In this document: piece after piece, positions 39,240 to 48,726 of the stretch
Numbering within the stretch: the stretch's first letter is position 1
How the letters are laid out: every line of letters starts with the position of its first letter
Source: Candidatus Iainarchaeum sp.
GTDB lineage: Archaea; Iainarchaeota; Iainarchaeia; Iainarchaeales; JAGVWC01
Direction of reading: 5' to 3'
Assembly (NCBI GenBank): GCA_018304465.1
Contig: JAGVWC010000010.1
Location: 160,001 to 224,000, forward strand
Length of the DNA stretch: 64,000 nt
Made by a program: the position numbers and the translations under genes
Notes under the pieces: generated by a model
Databases searched by the model: none
Told to the model about the DNA's origin: nothing
The model's input: only the letters and a program-made list of their open reading frames with translations

Positions 39240-39287
39240 CGCCTAACCATTAAATAATCCTTTTTCCTAAAAAAGCCAAAGGGTAAA

Positions 39288-40337
39288 ATGAAACCACGGG
39301 TAAAAAAAGAAGCGGTTGCCTACGCAAAACGAATCGAAGAAAAATACGGAGTCACCACCAGCGTCATCGCCCAAACCAACCAAGGCCTTCCGTGGGTCAC
39401 CTCGGGTGACGGAATCACGATTTTTGTCATCGAACCCCGAAAAGACAATTTTAAAATCCTCAAACAACTCGCCGCTGATCTGGAAGTATCCTCCTTTGGC
39501 CAGCCGCGCCATTTGGTTCAGGGAATGCATCCCGTCTCCGAAATGGTTGCAATCACCCGCGAAAACCCCAGTCTCCTCCGAAGCGGCCTTGGCGCCGCCG
39601 GTTTTTTAGTCCCGTTCCTAACCCACACCGAAATATTCGGAAAGTACCAGGACGAATTCCGCCGCGCGTTCCAGACCGCCTTCGGACCCGCGCTTGTAAA
39701 CGAACTCCGCGAACGCAAAGAACGGTTAAAAAAATTCCAACAACAAAGGCTTCAACGCGTCAGAATGGCGAGGACGGCCGAACAAAAACAACTGCTGGAC
39801 CAATTTGAAGCACTCGCCCAACGCGTCCACGCCGAACAACCAACCGTATTAATCGCCCTGGACCGGTCCGGTCGACCCGTCGGAACAACGGTTCAACAAA
39901 TACTCAAAGAAGCCTACGGAGAACGCATTCCCCTGTTTTTCATCAATCCCGAAATGCTTCGGAATACAACGCTTCCAAAACAAACGCTTCGAAAACTTCT
40001 CGAAACCCAGCACCCGCACCTATGCCGACACCTTCCAGACGCCACAGTGATGATTCTCGACGATCAAATCGCCACCGGGAAAGCGGCAGGAGCCGTCGGA
40101 GAACTGCTCAACCAATTCCACCCCAAAAAAGTAAAAACAGAGGTCTTATCCGAGTATCCCAAAACCCATCCCCCCAGCTGGTGGTACCAAAAACCGTTTC
40201 TTATTCAAAGCGCGAAAGGTCGCCTGATCTCAAAACGCATCCGGGCAAATCAAAAACTCCGCCGAAAATCCGCGACTATCCGAAAAAAGTTCGGTAAAAT
40301 CGCACGCACCCTCACGATCCGTCTTCGGAAAAAATAA
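39288..40337 (+). CDS. hypothetical protein with phosphoribosyltransferase-like domain
   Basis: LIALDRSGRP and VMILDDQIATGKA (PRPP-binding-like); Arg/Lys-rich C-terminus. Confidence 0.6.
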   Translation: MKPRVKKEAVAYAKRIEEKYGVTTSVIAQTNQGLPWVTSGDGITIFVIEPRKDNFKILKQLAADLEVSSFGQPRHLVQGMHPVSEMVAITRENPSLLRSGLGAAGFLVPFLTHTEIFGKYQDEFRRAFQTAFGPALVNELRERKERLKKFQQQRLQRVRMARTAEQKQLLDQFEALAQRVHAEQPTVLIALDRSGRPVGTTVQQILKEAYGERIPLFFINPEMLRNTTLPKQTLRKLLETQHPHLCRHLPDATVMILDDQIATGKAAGAVGELLNQFHPKKVKTEVLSEYPKTHPPSWWYQKPFLIQSAKGRLISKRIRANQKLRRKSATIRKKFGKIARTLTIRLRKK

Positions 40338-40682
40338 TTACCGTTTTTGCGTCGCGTCTTCGCGCATCAGCCATTTCACGATCAAAAACACCACCAACGC
40401 GATGATTAAAAAATCGATCAAATTTCCCGCGAAGTCGCCGATGAGAAATTTCACGGGCCCGACCTGCAACACCGCCTGGCGCCACTCTCCGTTTGGGACC
40501 AACACACCCACAATCGGCATAACCACGTCGTTTACCAGCGCGGTCACGAGTTTGGTGGAGGCCGCACCGATAATAAACGCGACCGCAAGCCCGATGACCT
40601 GATATTTTTTCAAAAAGTCCAGAAACTCCCCCGAAAACCCTTTTCCGATGTTCGCCGCTGCCTTAATTTTCTCCACCTTCAA
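40338..40682 (-). CDS. mscL: large-conductance mechanosensitive channel
   Basis: EF..FL....VIGLAVAFIIG.A....V.ALV.DVVMP; IDFLIIA.VVF. Confidence 0.9.
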   Translation of the reverse strand: MKVEKIKAAANIGKGFSGEFLDFLKKYQVIGLAVAFIIGAASTKLVTALVNDVVMPIVGVLVPNGEWRQAVLQVGPVKFLIGDFAGNLIDFLIIALVVFLIVKWLMREDATQKR

Positions 40683-40722
40683 AAAAAAGCCTCCTTGATC
40701 AACCCAAACGCCAAAAAATTTT

Positions 40723-41190
40723 TTAACACACCGCGTGCTTGTTTTTTTCCAAATACCGCTGATGGTATTCTTCCGCTTTCCAGAAATCGCCCGCGGGAAG
40801 GATTTCCGTCACGATGGGTTTTGAAAAACGACCCGACTTGTTCAATGCGGCTTTCGATTCCTTCGCAATTCTTTTTTGTTCCGGCGAAAAATAAAAAATA
40901 ACGGAGCGATACTGATGCCCCACGTCAGGACCTTGGCGGTTCAATTGCGTGGGGTCATGAAGCGCCCAAAACAAATCCAGGATCTTTTGAAACGAAACGC
41001 GTTTCGGATCGAATTCCACCAGCACCGTTTCGGCGTGACCCGTGGATCCGGAACACACGTCTTCATACGACGGGTTTTTTTTCCATCCACCCGCATACCC
41101 CGACGTCGCTTCAATCACGCCGTCCAAATTACGAAATGCGGCTTCTACACCCCAAAAACAACCCGCGCCCACCAACGCTTTTTCGGCCAT
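40723..41190 (-). CDS. msrA: peptide methionine sulfoxide reductase A
   Basis: GCFWG, TGHAE, RQGPDVG.QYRS, AEEYHQ.Y. Confidence 0.96.
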   Translation of the reverse strand: MAEKALVGAGCFWGVEAAFRNLDGVIEATSGYAGGWKKNPSYEDVCSGSTGHAETVLVEFDPKRVSFQKILDLFWALHDPTQLNRQGPDVGHQYRSVIFYFSPEQKRIAKESKAALNKSGRFSKPIVTEILPAGDFWKAEEYHQRYLEKNKHAVC

Positions 41191-41233
41191 ACGAACAATA
41201 AGACGGAATATAACTTAATAATATACTGACGGT

Positions 41234-43807
41234 CTAGGCGCGATCTTTGGAATAATACCAATCCATCATTTCTTTTGACGCGTCTTCGTCGAGGTTTTCC
41301 GACCCAATGGCTTTTGCGGCCAAAAAACCGCGTTCAATCCGATCCGCGACCCATTTTTCATTTGACCGCACAAACGACCAATACTCGTCAAAATCCCGCA
41401 CAAACGAGTCGCCGGACAAAATCCGGCCTGTTGCGACATCCACCACGACGTGCTGGGCTTGACCGGATACCCACGCCGTAAACGAATCCTTCGAACGATC
41501 GTTTTTGTTTTGCACCAGAACGATTTCAACGTTTCGCACCGCCAGATTCCTTTTTTGTTCCATCTGGTTTTTGGACGCAAGTTCCGAAACCTTTTCGGAA
41601 ACTTTTCCGAACAAATCCGACGAAACAAAATCTTTTGCCGTGGACAAATTACGGGTTTCGATTCCCGTGTTCAAAAGCACAAATCCAAGGCGCGCCTGTT
41701 CGCGCATGAAATCCTCGTTCCACATCGCATCGGTTTGGCTTAAAAAATTCAGCAATCGATGCACTTTTCCCCCTTTGGATTTGATATCCGCGATTCCGAC
41801 GGCTTCAAACCCCGTTTGTTCGCGCGTTTCCGAAATCGAGACATCCATTTTTGCGGATTTTCCGGATTTTTCGTATATCCGTTTCAACATGTCCGGCGTC
41901 GCGTTTTCCACCACGTTTTCTTTTGAAACAAACGACGCGCCTTCTTCCGGCTGATCAATCGCGTTCAATAGCCACTGGTCCGACACCCGGATGAACGTCC
42001 AGAATTCCTCGAACCGGCCGATCCCCATATCCCCACGGATTTTTTTTCCGGTTCGATCGTCGACAATCGTATCGCGGCACTCGGCTTGCACCCACACCGT
42101 GAACTGGTCCGAAAAACGCTTGCCGGCATCACCCATTGAACTCTTCAGGCTTTTCACCCACACGATTTTTTGATCCAGCAACCGCAATTCTTCCAAACGG
42201 TTGATTTCATGCCGCACTTTCATGGCTTCCAACTGCGACACGTGCGAAACAAACAACGACTGCGACAACAACGGGCGCATTTCGGAATAATCGCGTTTTT
42301 CCCAGCATTCCTGAAGCTTCAAAAAAACCGTTTTCGAACGGTTAACCATTTCGGATTCGTTCCACACCGTCGAAACAGACGCCAGATACGAAAGCAACGC
42401 GGATACCTTCGCGGCCTTGGCATTGATCTTGGGTTTTGAAAGCGCGATCGTGGAGCTCCATTCGCCCAAAAAACCCGAAAACGCGTTTCGGTCGCCGGAC
42501 AAAAAACGAAAACCGCTTTTAACGATTGCCGAAAAAACCATGATGATCACGATGCCCCAGACTCCAAAGAAAAACACCAAAAAGAAACCCATCAACAACA
42601 ATTCGCCAAGCGACATGGGGCATTCGGGGATGCTGGCTTTGTTCGAAAACGCCGCGTCATTGGTGCAATAACACGAATCAACGATAATGTTCGGATTTTC
42701 GGAATCCGAAGAAACCACTTGTCCGCCGGAAATACAACTGCAAAACGGATACTCGGGCGTTGGAATCACCGACGAAGCCGTCAGAAAAGGAAGATACGAA
42801 CCGGATTTTTTTTCACAGCACGTCTTGTTTTGATCGGATTTTTTGCAGTCAAAATACGCCATATTGTCCGGTGGACCGCTAGAGCGGCTCGAACCGCCGG
42901 ACGACCCTCCGCCGCCACCCTTGTTGTGCACCGCAAAACCGTTCGCCAAAAACGTGTTCGGTTCGTTTACGCTCAAATTGTACGCGATGACGGACGCGGG
43001 AACAACATCGATTCGAGTCAGTCGCACGGGCAAAAGATCCCCGTTATCCGAAAACACGATCACTTCATCGCCCACCGCCAATGACTCGGCAACGCGATAT
43101 CCGGCCAACGTCCAGAACGGGTGTTCAGGAGTGACATCCACCCAAAAATCCCCCGCTTCCAAATGCAAAAAACGGTCGCGCACCACCCGATACACGTCCG
43201 TGACCGAGGAAGACACCAGAGAACCGTTTTCGTCAAACGAAACCACTTCATCACCGACTTTGATGTCCGCAATCGACTTCAAACCAAACGAAGTTTTCAC
43301 GGTTGTTTGACCCAAAAAACATCCGCCGCCACCGCCTTTGTTATGCACGACAAAGTGGTTCGCGACAAAAAGATGGTTTTGGGAAACCTCCAGATTAAAC
43401 GCCTTGACTTTTTTTTGATACTTTTCCACGGATTCGATTTTTTTTGAAACCAACCGATTGTTTTCAAGCATCATCACATTGTCGTCAGGAGAAAACGACC
43501 GGGCTTCGCGAAACAATCCGTTGGCGACCAAAAACGGATGCTCACCAGTCACGAGAACGGAACCCAGGCCGGTTTTAATCGAAAAAAAAGCGTCTCTTTC
43601 CACGGAAAAAACGTTTTGAACCTGCACCCATTGCGCACCGTTTTGATCGAAACCCAACACCGTGTCTCCGACCAAAAGGGATTCAATCGGAACGGGTCCT
43701 TGCGGCGTATCGATCCAAGTGCCTTCCAAAAAACACCCGCCACCGCCCCGCGAAAACGCGCTTGAAAAAAGCAGCAGGAAAAAAACCGCTGCAAAAAAAC
43801 GGCGCAT
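41234..43807 (-). CDS. exported membrane protein: two tandem Hint (BIL/intein-like) domains, Cys-rich linker, TM helix, two Tim44-like domains
   Basis: Hint1 43735..43340 (C...TGEHPF...VVHN), Hint2 43321..42923 (C...TPEHPF...AVHN); Tim44-like EEFWTF.R and DEYWSF.R repeats. Confidence 0.85.
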   Translation of the reverse strand: MRRFFAAVFFLLLFSSAFSRGGGGCFLEGTWIDTPQGPVPIESLLVGDTVLGFDQNGAQWVQVQNVFSVERDAFFSIKTGLGSVLVTGEHPFLVANGLFREARSFSPDDNVMMLENNRLVSKKIESVEKYQKKVKAFNLEVSQNHLFVANHFVVHNKGGGGGCFLGQTTVKTSFGLKSIADIKVGDEVVSFDENGSLVSSSVTDVYRVVRDRFLHLEAGDFWVDVTPEHPFWTLAGYRVAESLAVGDEVIVFSDNGDLLPVRLTRIDVVPASVIAYNLSVNEPNTFLANGFAVHNKGGGGGSSGGSSRSSGPPDNMAYFDCKKSDQNKTCCEKKSGSYLPFLTASSVIPTPEYPFCSCISGGQVVSSDSENPNIIVDSCYCTNDAAFSNKASIPECPMSLGELLLMGFFLVFFFGVWGIVIIMVFSAIVKSGFRFLSGDRNAFSGFLGEWSSTIALSKPKINAKAAKVSALLSYLASVSTVWNESEMVNRSKTVFLKLQECWEKRDYSEMRPLLSQSLFVSHVSQLEAMKVRHEINRLEELRLLDQKIVWVKSLKSSMGDAGKRFSDQFTVWVQAECRDTIVDDRTGKKIRGDMGIGRFEEFWTFIRVSDQWLLNAIDQPEEGASFVSKENVVENATPDMLKRIYEKSGKSAKMDVSISETREQTGFEAVGIADIKSKGGKVHRLLNFLSQTDAMWNEDFMREQARLGFVLLNTGIETRNLSTAKDFVSSDLFGKVSEKVSELASKNQMEQKRNLAVRNVEIVLVQNKNDRSKDSFTAWVSGQAQHVVVDVATGRILSGDSFVRDFDEYWSFVRSNEKWVADRIERGFLAAKAIGSENLDEDASKEMMDWYYSKDRA

Positions 43808-43811
43808 GTTT

Positions 43812-44075
43812 TTACCAACCGTGAATACCCGAAATAATCGCCGCCGCGATGATCAGGGCAAAACCGATTAACACGCCTTGGACAATGGCACCGTAATAAT
43901 GCGCGACCGCCATGTTACCGCGCGCGATTTCTTTTTCCTCGTCTATTTTCGGGGAAAGCGCGTACAAAATCCGCGGTACCACGAGCACCGCAAGCAACAA
44001 CAACAAAAGCCCCAGCACGCCGCCAAGCAACGTGTAAACGACCGCACCGATCACGTCATCAATCAGAATTGGCAT
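43812..44075 (-). CDS. DUF350-family membrane protein
   Basis: P.IDEEKEIARGN.AVA, then a TM helix; 4 nt upstream of the Hint gene. Confidence 0.75.
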   Translation of the reverse strand: MPILIDDVIGAVVYTLLGGVLGLLLLLLAVLVVPRILYALSPKIDEEKEIARGNMAVAHYYGAIVQGVLIGFALIIAAAIISGIHGW

Positions 44076-44152
44076 TCAAACCCCCCTTTTTTTGGGAAAA
44101 AATCCCGAAAGAAAATAGAACAAAACCACAATATAAAGATGGCGGTTACACT

Positions 44153-44572
44153 TCAGCCGGGTTTTGAGACAGGAATTTTTTTGCGAAAATCCAAAGAAAC
44201 CGAATTGATGCAAAACCGCTTTCCCGTGTCCGTGGGACCGTCGTCAAACAAATGCCCCAAATGCCCTCCGCAATTCCGGCACACGACTTCAATCCGATTC
44301 ATGCCCAGGCTTTTGTCTTCCTTTAACTCCACGTTTCCTTCGTTTGCGATCCGGTCAAAACTCGGCCAACCGCAATTCGAATCGAATTTGGCGTCCGACG
44401 AAAACAAATCCAGTCCGCACGCCGCGCACACGTACATCCCCGTTTCCTTGTTTTTGAGCCACTTGCCCGTGAACGGAATCTCCGTTCCTTTTTCGAACAA
44501 CACGCGAAACTGTTCCGCTGAAAGCGATTTAGAGACTTTTTGGGATCGAATCACACCAAAAATTCCAAACAT
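44153..44572 (-). CDS. msrB: peptide methionine sulfoxide reductase B
   Basis: GTE.PFTG, CAAC, KFDS.CGWPSF, C..CGGHLGH.F.DGP...G.RFCINS. Confidence 0.96.
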   Translation of the reverse strand: MFGIFGVIRSQKVSKSLSAEQFRVLFEKGTEIPFTGKWLKNKETGMYVCAACGLDLFSSDAKFDSNCGWPSFDRIANEGNVELKEDKSLGMNRIEVVCRNCGGHLGHLFDDGPTDTGKRFCINSVSLDFRKKIPVSKPG

Positions 44573-44693
44573 ATAATTTAATTATAATAACGGTTGTTAA
44601 TAAATAATACGGTCAACCCCCAAAAAAACCATTGTTCGAACGGATAACCCACGCCAAACGATTAAAAAAAAATCGCACTGCAAGTAAGTACAC

Positions 44694-45512
44694 ATGTCGT
44701 ATTCGAAACGCCCCGGCAACGGGAAAAAAAAACAGCCACCCATCATGACGCTAAGTCAAGACCAACTCTTTTCGCTGGGCGTGACATTTCTTGTGGTGCT
44801 CGTGTTCTTTGCCGGTTTGCTTTTGCCCAAAAACCACGCGACATTGGTTTTCAACGGAGAAGACACCCAGGTCACGATTTTCCATCAACCGGAATACAGC
44901 ACCCCCACCACAGGAGAACTCACGGTATCCGCGTGGATGCGCCCCGAAACGCTTGAATTTTCGAAAAGCGAAGGTAGCGGATATGTGTATTGGCTGGGCA
45001 AAGGCGAAAAAGACGATTTCGAATGGACGTTTCGCATGTACTCCCAATCAAACACCGAATTACGCGACAACCGAATATCGTTTTACGTGTTCAACAAATC
45101 CGGCGGACTAGGGGTTGGCGCGTATTTCCAGGAACCCGTCACTCCAAACGAATGGATCCACGTGGTGGCCACCGTGGACCGGTCCAACGTCAGCATTTAC
45201 AAAAACGGGCTTTGGAAAAACACCCAAGACCACACCCAAAACGTGGTCCTTGAAACGGGTGCAAGCCCGGTTCGAATCGGAACACGCAACGAACGCAGTT
45301 TTTTCAAAGGAAACATCAAAGACGTCGCGATATACAACCGAAAACTGCGAAGCGACGAAGTCATGCGATTGTTCCAGCAACCCGAAAACATTCCCCAGAA
45401 CGGCCTCGTCGGTTATTGGCGTTTAAACGAAGGCATCGGATTCATCGCCAACGATTCCGGATCACCCCAAAACAGCGGAACCATCACGAACCCCACCTGG
45501 ATCGAACCATAA
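44694..45512 (+). CDS. LamG-like jellyroll domain protein, membrane anchored
   Basis: TVSAW, W.HVVAT, IYKNG, FKG.I.DVAIYNR.L, LVGYWRLNEG.G. Confidence 0.85.
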   Translation: MSYSKRPGNGKKKQPPIMTLSQDQLFSLGVTFLVVLVFFAGLLLPKNHATLVFNGEDTQVTIFHQPEYSTPTTGELTVSAWMRPETLEFSKSEGSGYVYWLGKGEKDDFEWTFRMYSQSNTELRDNRISFYVFNKSGGLGVGAYFQEPVTPNEWIHVVATVDRSNVSIYKNGLWKNTQDHTQNVVLETGASPVRIGTRNERSFFKGNIKDVAIYNRKLRSDEVMRLFQQPENIPQNGLVGYWRLNEGIGFIANDSGSPQNSGTITNPTWIEP

Positions 45513-45515
45513 CCC

Positions 45516-45884
45516 TCAAGACAAGGGGGCGGGACCATACCGCTTCACGGCCGGATCGATCGCGCTCCATTCCCAGATGCTACCCGAAAAATTCCGCACA
45601 TCAAACCCTTTTCGCTTTGCAAGCCCCGTGGCAAACAAGCTGCGGTTTCCAGTGCGACAATAAAACACGACGGTTTTTCCCGCCGGTTTTTCGAACCTGA
45701 AGCGATTCAAAAAATCTTTTTCAGGCAAATCCAACGCATCGGACAATTCTTTCAACGGAATGTTTTTTGCACCCGGCAACAATCCGTGAGAGAGCTCTGA
45801 CGGCGAACGCACATCGATCAAAATGAAGTCACGCTTGGAATCCATCCACTGTTTTAATTCCTTCAACGAAATAACATCCGACAT
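45516..45884 (-). CDS. rhodanese-like domain protein
   Basis: LIDVR...E...G.LPGA.NIP, YCRTGNRS. Confidence 0.9.
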   Translation of the reverse strand: MSDVISLKELKQWMDSKRDFILIDVRSPSELSHGLLPGAKNIPLKELSDALDLPEKDFLNRFRFEKPAGKTVVFYCRTGNRSLFATGLAKRKGFDVRNFSGSIWEWSAIDPAVKRYGPAPLS

Positions 45885-46374
45885 TCGCCACCGTACCCAT
45901 AACAAGAAACACCCAATCCTTTAAAACGCAAACACCGGCCAAACCGCCAGGAAAACGCGAAAATAAGAGTAAGTTTAAAAGCATTTTACAGTTAAATTAT
46001 AACTCAGTTATCTAAAATTGTTTGGACAACGGGTGAAAAAGATTTCTCTGAAAGCGGAAACCGAAACAACAACCATCATTCCGGTGCCACGACGCCCGAA
46101 AAAAACGAATCCGACTGGATCGCAACCACACCCGTCACCCAAGTCTTACCGCTTAAAGACAACAGCACGGTCGACGTCGCGATCGTCGGCGACAAGGGGG
46201 CACAAAACCCGACAATTCGACGAAACCGAAAAACTATTCAACTGTCCCGTCACAACAGCCATTTTACCGCCATCGGCAAAGTCGTCAACGGACCGGCAAA
46301 CGAGGATCTTTTCCACATTGACTTAGAAAAAAACCCACCTCATCACAGAGGGACCAAAGGAGGATGAAAAAAAT

Positions 46375-46587
46375 ATGCCATCTCGCACCAGCAGTAGACA
46401 AGGAAGCCGAAACAAAACCAGCGCAAGCCGTACCGGCGGAAGCAGAAGCTCCACCGCGCGCGGAGGCGCGCAATCCAAATCCCGAACCAGCCGAAGCGGA
46501 CTAACCCGAAGCAAAGTCGGAAGCTCCCGCACCGGAGCACGCGCACGCTCCGCCCGTTCACGTTCTGCCGGACGAAGCATAAGGTAA
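46375..46587 (+). CDS. Arg/Ser-rich protamine-like small protein
   Basis: GGAGG RBS; 70 aa dominated by R/S/G/T with no acidic residues. Confidence 0.65.
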   Translation: MPSRTSSRQGSRNKTSASRTGGSRSSTARGGAQSKSRTSRSGLTRSKVGSSRTGARARSARSRSAGRSIR

Positions 46588-46652
46588 ACCCAAGTGTCCC
46601 AAAAAACATGGAAAAAACCCAGACGGAAAAAAACTTCCGCTGGGCGCTTTTT

Positions 46653-46859
46653 TTATTCCAACCCGTCCGGAAAATCCTCAAAAGGAGTCGCATCAGGGGA
46701 AATGACGGAATTGAAATCCGAAGGCGGCTTCGAGCCCTTTAGCGCTTTGGAAGGGAAATCGTCCCGGGCAAAATCCTTAGGAGTATCTTTTTCCGCCTGC
46801 GAAAGACACCCGAAAAGCAGCAGCCCCATGATCAGCAAGACAAACAAAGTTTTGGACAC
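46653..46859 (-). CDS. small lipoprotein
   Basis: LLFGC lipobox. Confidence 0.55.
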   Translation of the reverse strand: MSKTLFVLLIMGLLLFGCLSQAEKDTPKDFARDDFPSKALKGSKPPSDFNSVISPDATPFEDFPDGLE

Positions 46860-46904
46860 GGGGATATTATAAACGAAAAATAATTTAAACGGTTGTTTTC
46901 AAGA

Positions 46905-47330
46905 TCACTTTTTGGAAAAAACCGAAACTAGCACTTGGCGGGTTCTCGGACCGTCGAACTCCGCGAAAAAAATTCCTTGCCAAGTACCCAACACCAACCG
47001 GTTTTGTTCAATTAGCACCATCACGCTCGAACCGATCAAAGAAGACTTGAGGTGCGCGTCCGAATTGCCTTCGGCGTGACGAAACTTTGAATCTTTTGGC
47101 ACCAGTTTCGATAACGCCGACAGCAAATCAAAAGAAACATCCGGATCCGCGTTTTCGTTAATCGTCACGCCGGCGGTCGAATGCGGAACGAAAACAACGA
47201 CAAAACCCGATTCGACTTTCGATTTCGAAACGGTTTCTTGAACCAGATCCGAAATATCCACCAGTTGATTCCGATCGGTTGTTTTTTGTTCGAGTTCGAA
47301 AAACACCGGATCACTTCTTTTTGACGGCAA
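46905..47330 (-). CDS. yjbQ: YjbQ family (secondary thiamine-phosphate synthase-like)
   Basis: PHSTAG.TINEN.DP.V, H.EGN.DAH.KS, LGTWQGIFF.EFDGPR. Confidence 0.92.
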   Translation of the reverse strand: MPSKRSDPVFFELEQKTTDRNQLVDISDLVQETVSKSKVESGFVVVFVPHSTAGVTINENADPDVSFDLLSALSKLVPKDSKFRHAEGNSDAHLKSSLIGSSVMVLIEQNRLVLGTWQGIFFAEFDGPRTRQVLVSVFSKK

Positions 47331-48012
47331 CCGCTTCGGTCATCGACGGTACCGATTCCACCGAGATATCCGTCACCTTGGGCGGCAACGGCGCAAACAA
47401 CACCCGAAGAAAAACAACCAGCGCCCTCAAAAAACGCAGCCCCCATTCCAAAGCCACCACGAAAAGAATGAACTGAAACGTCTGGCGCAAAAAAGCAGGC
47501 AGTTCCAGCAAACGCGACGCGCTGTCATTTAACACCACGACCGACGGATTCGCGAGAAACACCGACAACACCACGAGCGGAAACAACTTCGACAGTTCGC
47601 GCGCCAAGTCCTCGTTGTAATACGACGAGATTCGAATCGAGGAAACCAGGGAAATCGACGTGACCAGCACCAAATCCAAACGCGTGCCCGATGACAAAAA
47701 CAACAACATGACGGCAAAAACCACGAAAAAAACAAAAACCAACAGCGGATAAACGACCGCGTATTCGACAAAATACCAGAACGCGTCTTTTAGCTTTCCG
47801 ACAAAACCTTCATACCGAAACTTCGTGGTGTTAAACCGAAAAAAATCCCGCCGAGAGACAAACCGATAAAAATTCCAGATCAGCACCGCGTACAACGTGA
47901 TGAAAACAATGAAACTGAACACCGGAAGCAAGTTGTCGAAAAAACCTTCTGAAATCCACTCGGAAACACCAGAATTCGCGACCGTCGACAAGGAATCCAA
48001 CGACAAATCCAT
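47311..48012 (-). CDS. conserved-looking archaeal membrane protein
   Basis: Several TM helices; RISSYYNEDLAREL.K.FP. Confidence 0.7.
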   Translation of the reverse strand: MDLSLDSLSTVANSGVSEWISEGFFDNLLPVFSFIVFITLYAVLIWNFYRFVSRRDFFRFNTTKFRYEGFVGKLKDAFWYFVEYAVVYPLLVFVFFVVFAVMLLFLSSGTRLDLVLVTSISLVSSIRISSYYNEDLARELSKLFPLVVLSVFLANPSVVVLNDSASRLLELPAFLRQTFQFILFVVALEWGLRFLRALVVFLRVLFAPLPPKVTDISVESVPSMTEAVAVKKK

Positions 48013-48052
48013 TGCAATATTTATCGCAAAACGGGGATATAAAGGTTTTGAT

Positions 48053-48682
48053 CTACACGAGCAAACCCGAAAGCTGTAACCCGTTGATCACAAACTGCAC
48101 TGAAAGCGCCATTAACAACATCCCCATGATCCGGGTAATGACCTTTAAGCCCGTGACTCCAAGCCAGCGGGAAATCTTTTCGGATTGAAGCAACAGAAAA
48201 TAGCTTAACAAAAAAGCGATGATAATCGCGACAAAAAACAACATATAATCAAAAATTCCCGTAGCCCGCGAAAACAACACGATTCCCGTCGTAATCGCAC
48301 CCGGACCCGTAATCAGCGGAATTGCCAGCGGCGTAATCGTCACGTTTTCGCGTTCTTCCGCTTCTTCCTGCTCGCCTTGCGTGATCTCGGTTCGCGTCTT
48401 GTATCCGAACAACATTTCAAGCGAAATCAAAAAAAGCAAAATTCCGCCCGCAATCTTAAACGAGGAAAACTCGATGTTAAGATACGTGAAAAGAAAATTT
48501 CCGAACAAACAAAAAAAAACAAACGCGACAAAACCGATGATGTGCGCTTTTCGAGCCGTTTTGATTCTGTTTTTATGCGAAAAATTACGCGTAAACGACA
48601 AAAACAACGGAATGTTGGCAAACGGATCCAAAATGAAAAAAACCGAAGTCAGCACCAAAACGAAAAAAGACAAGTCCGCCAT
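48053..48682 (-). CDS. marC: MarC family membrane protein
   Basis: ILDPFANIP.F, F.IAGGILLF, PLAIPLITGPGAI, TRIMG. Confidence 0.92.
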   Translation of the reverse strand: MADLSFFVLVLTSVFFILDPFANIPLFLSFTRNFSHKNRIKTARKAHIIGFVAFVFFCLFGNFLFTYLNIEFSSFKIAGGILLFLISLEMLFGYKTRTEITQGEQEEAEERENVTITPLAIPLITGPGAITTGIVLFSRATGIFDYMLFFVAIIIAFLLSYFLLLQSEKISRWLGVTGLKVITRIMGMLLMALSVQFVINGLQLSGLLV

Positions 48683-48726
48683 ACGACACCAAAAAGGCAA
48701 AAAGAATATTTAAAACCATGGTAAAC

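Noticed and set aside
42923-43735. The Hint domains as classical mobile inteins
   Set aside because: The +1 residue is Lys, there is no endonuclease, and the host is an exported Gly-rich region rather than a conserved enzyme motif.
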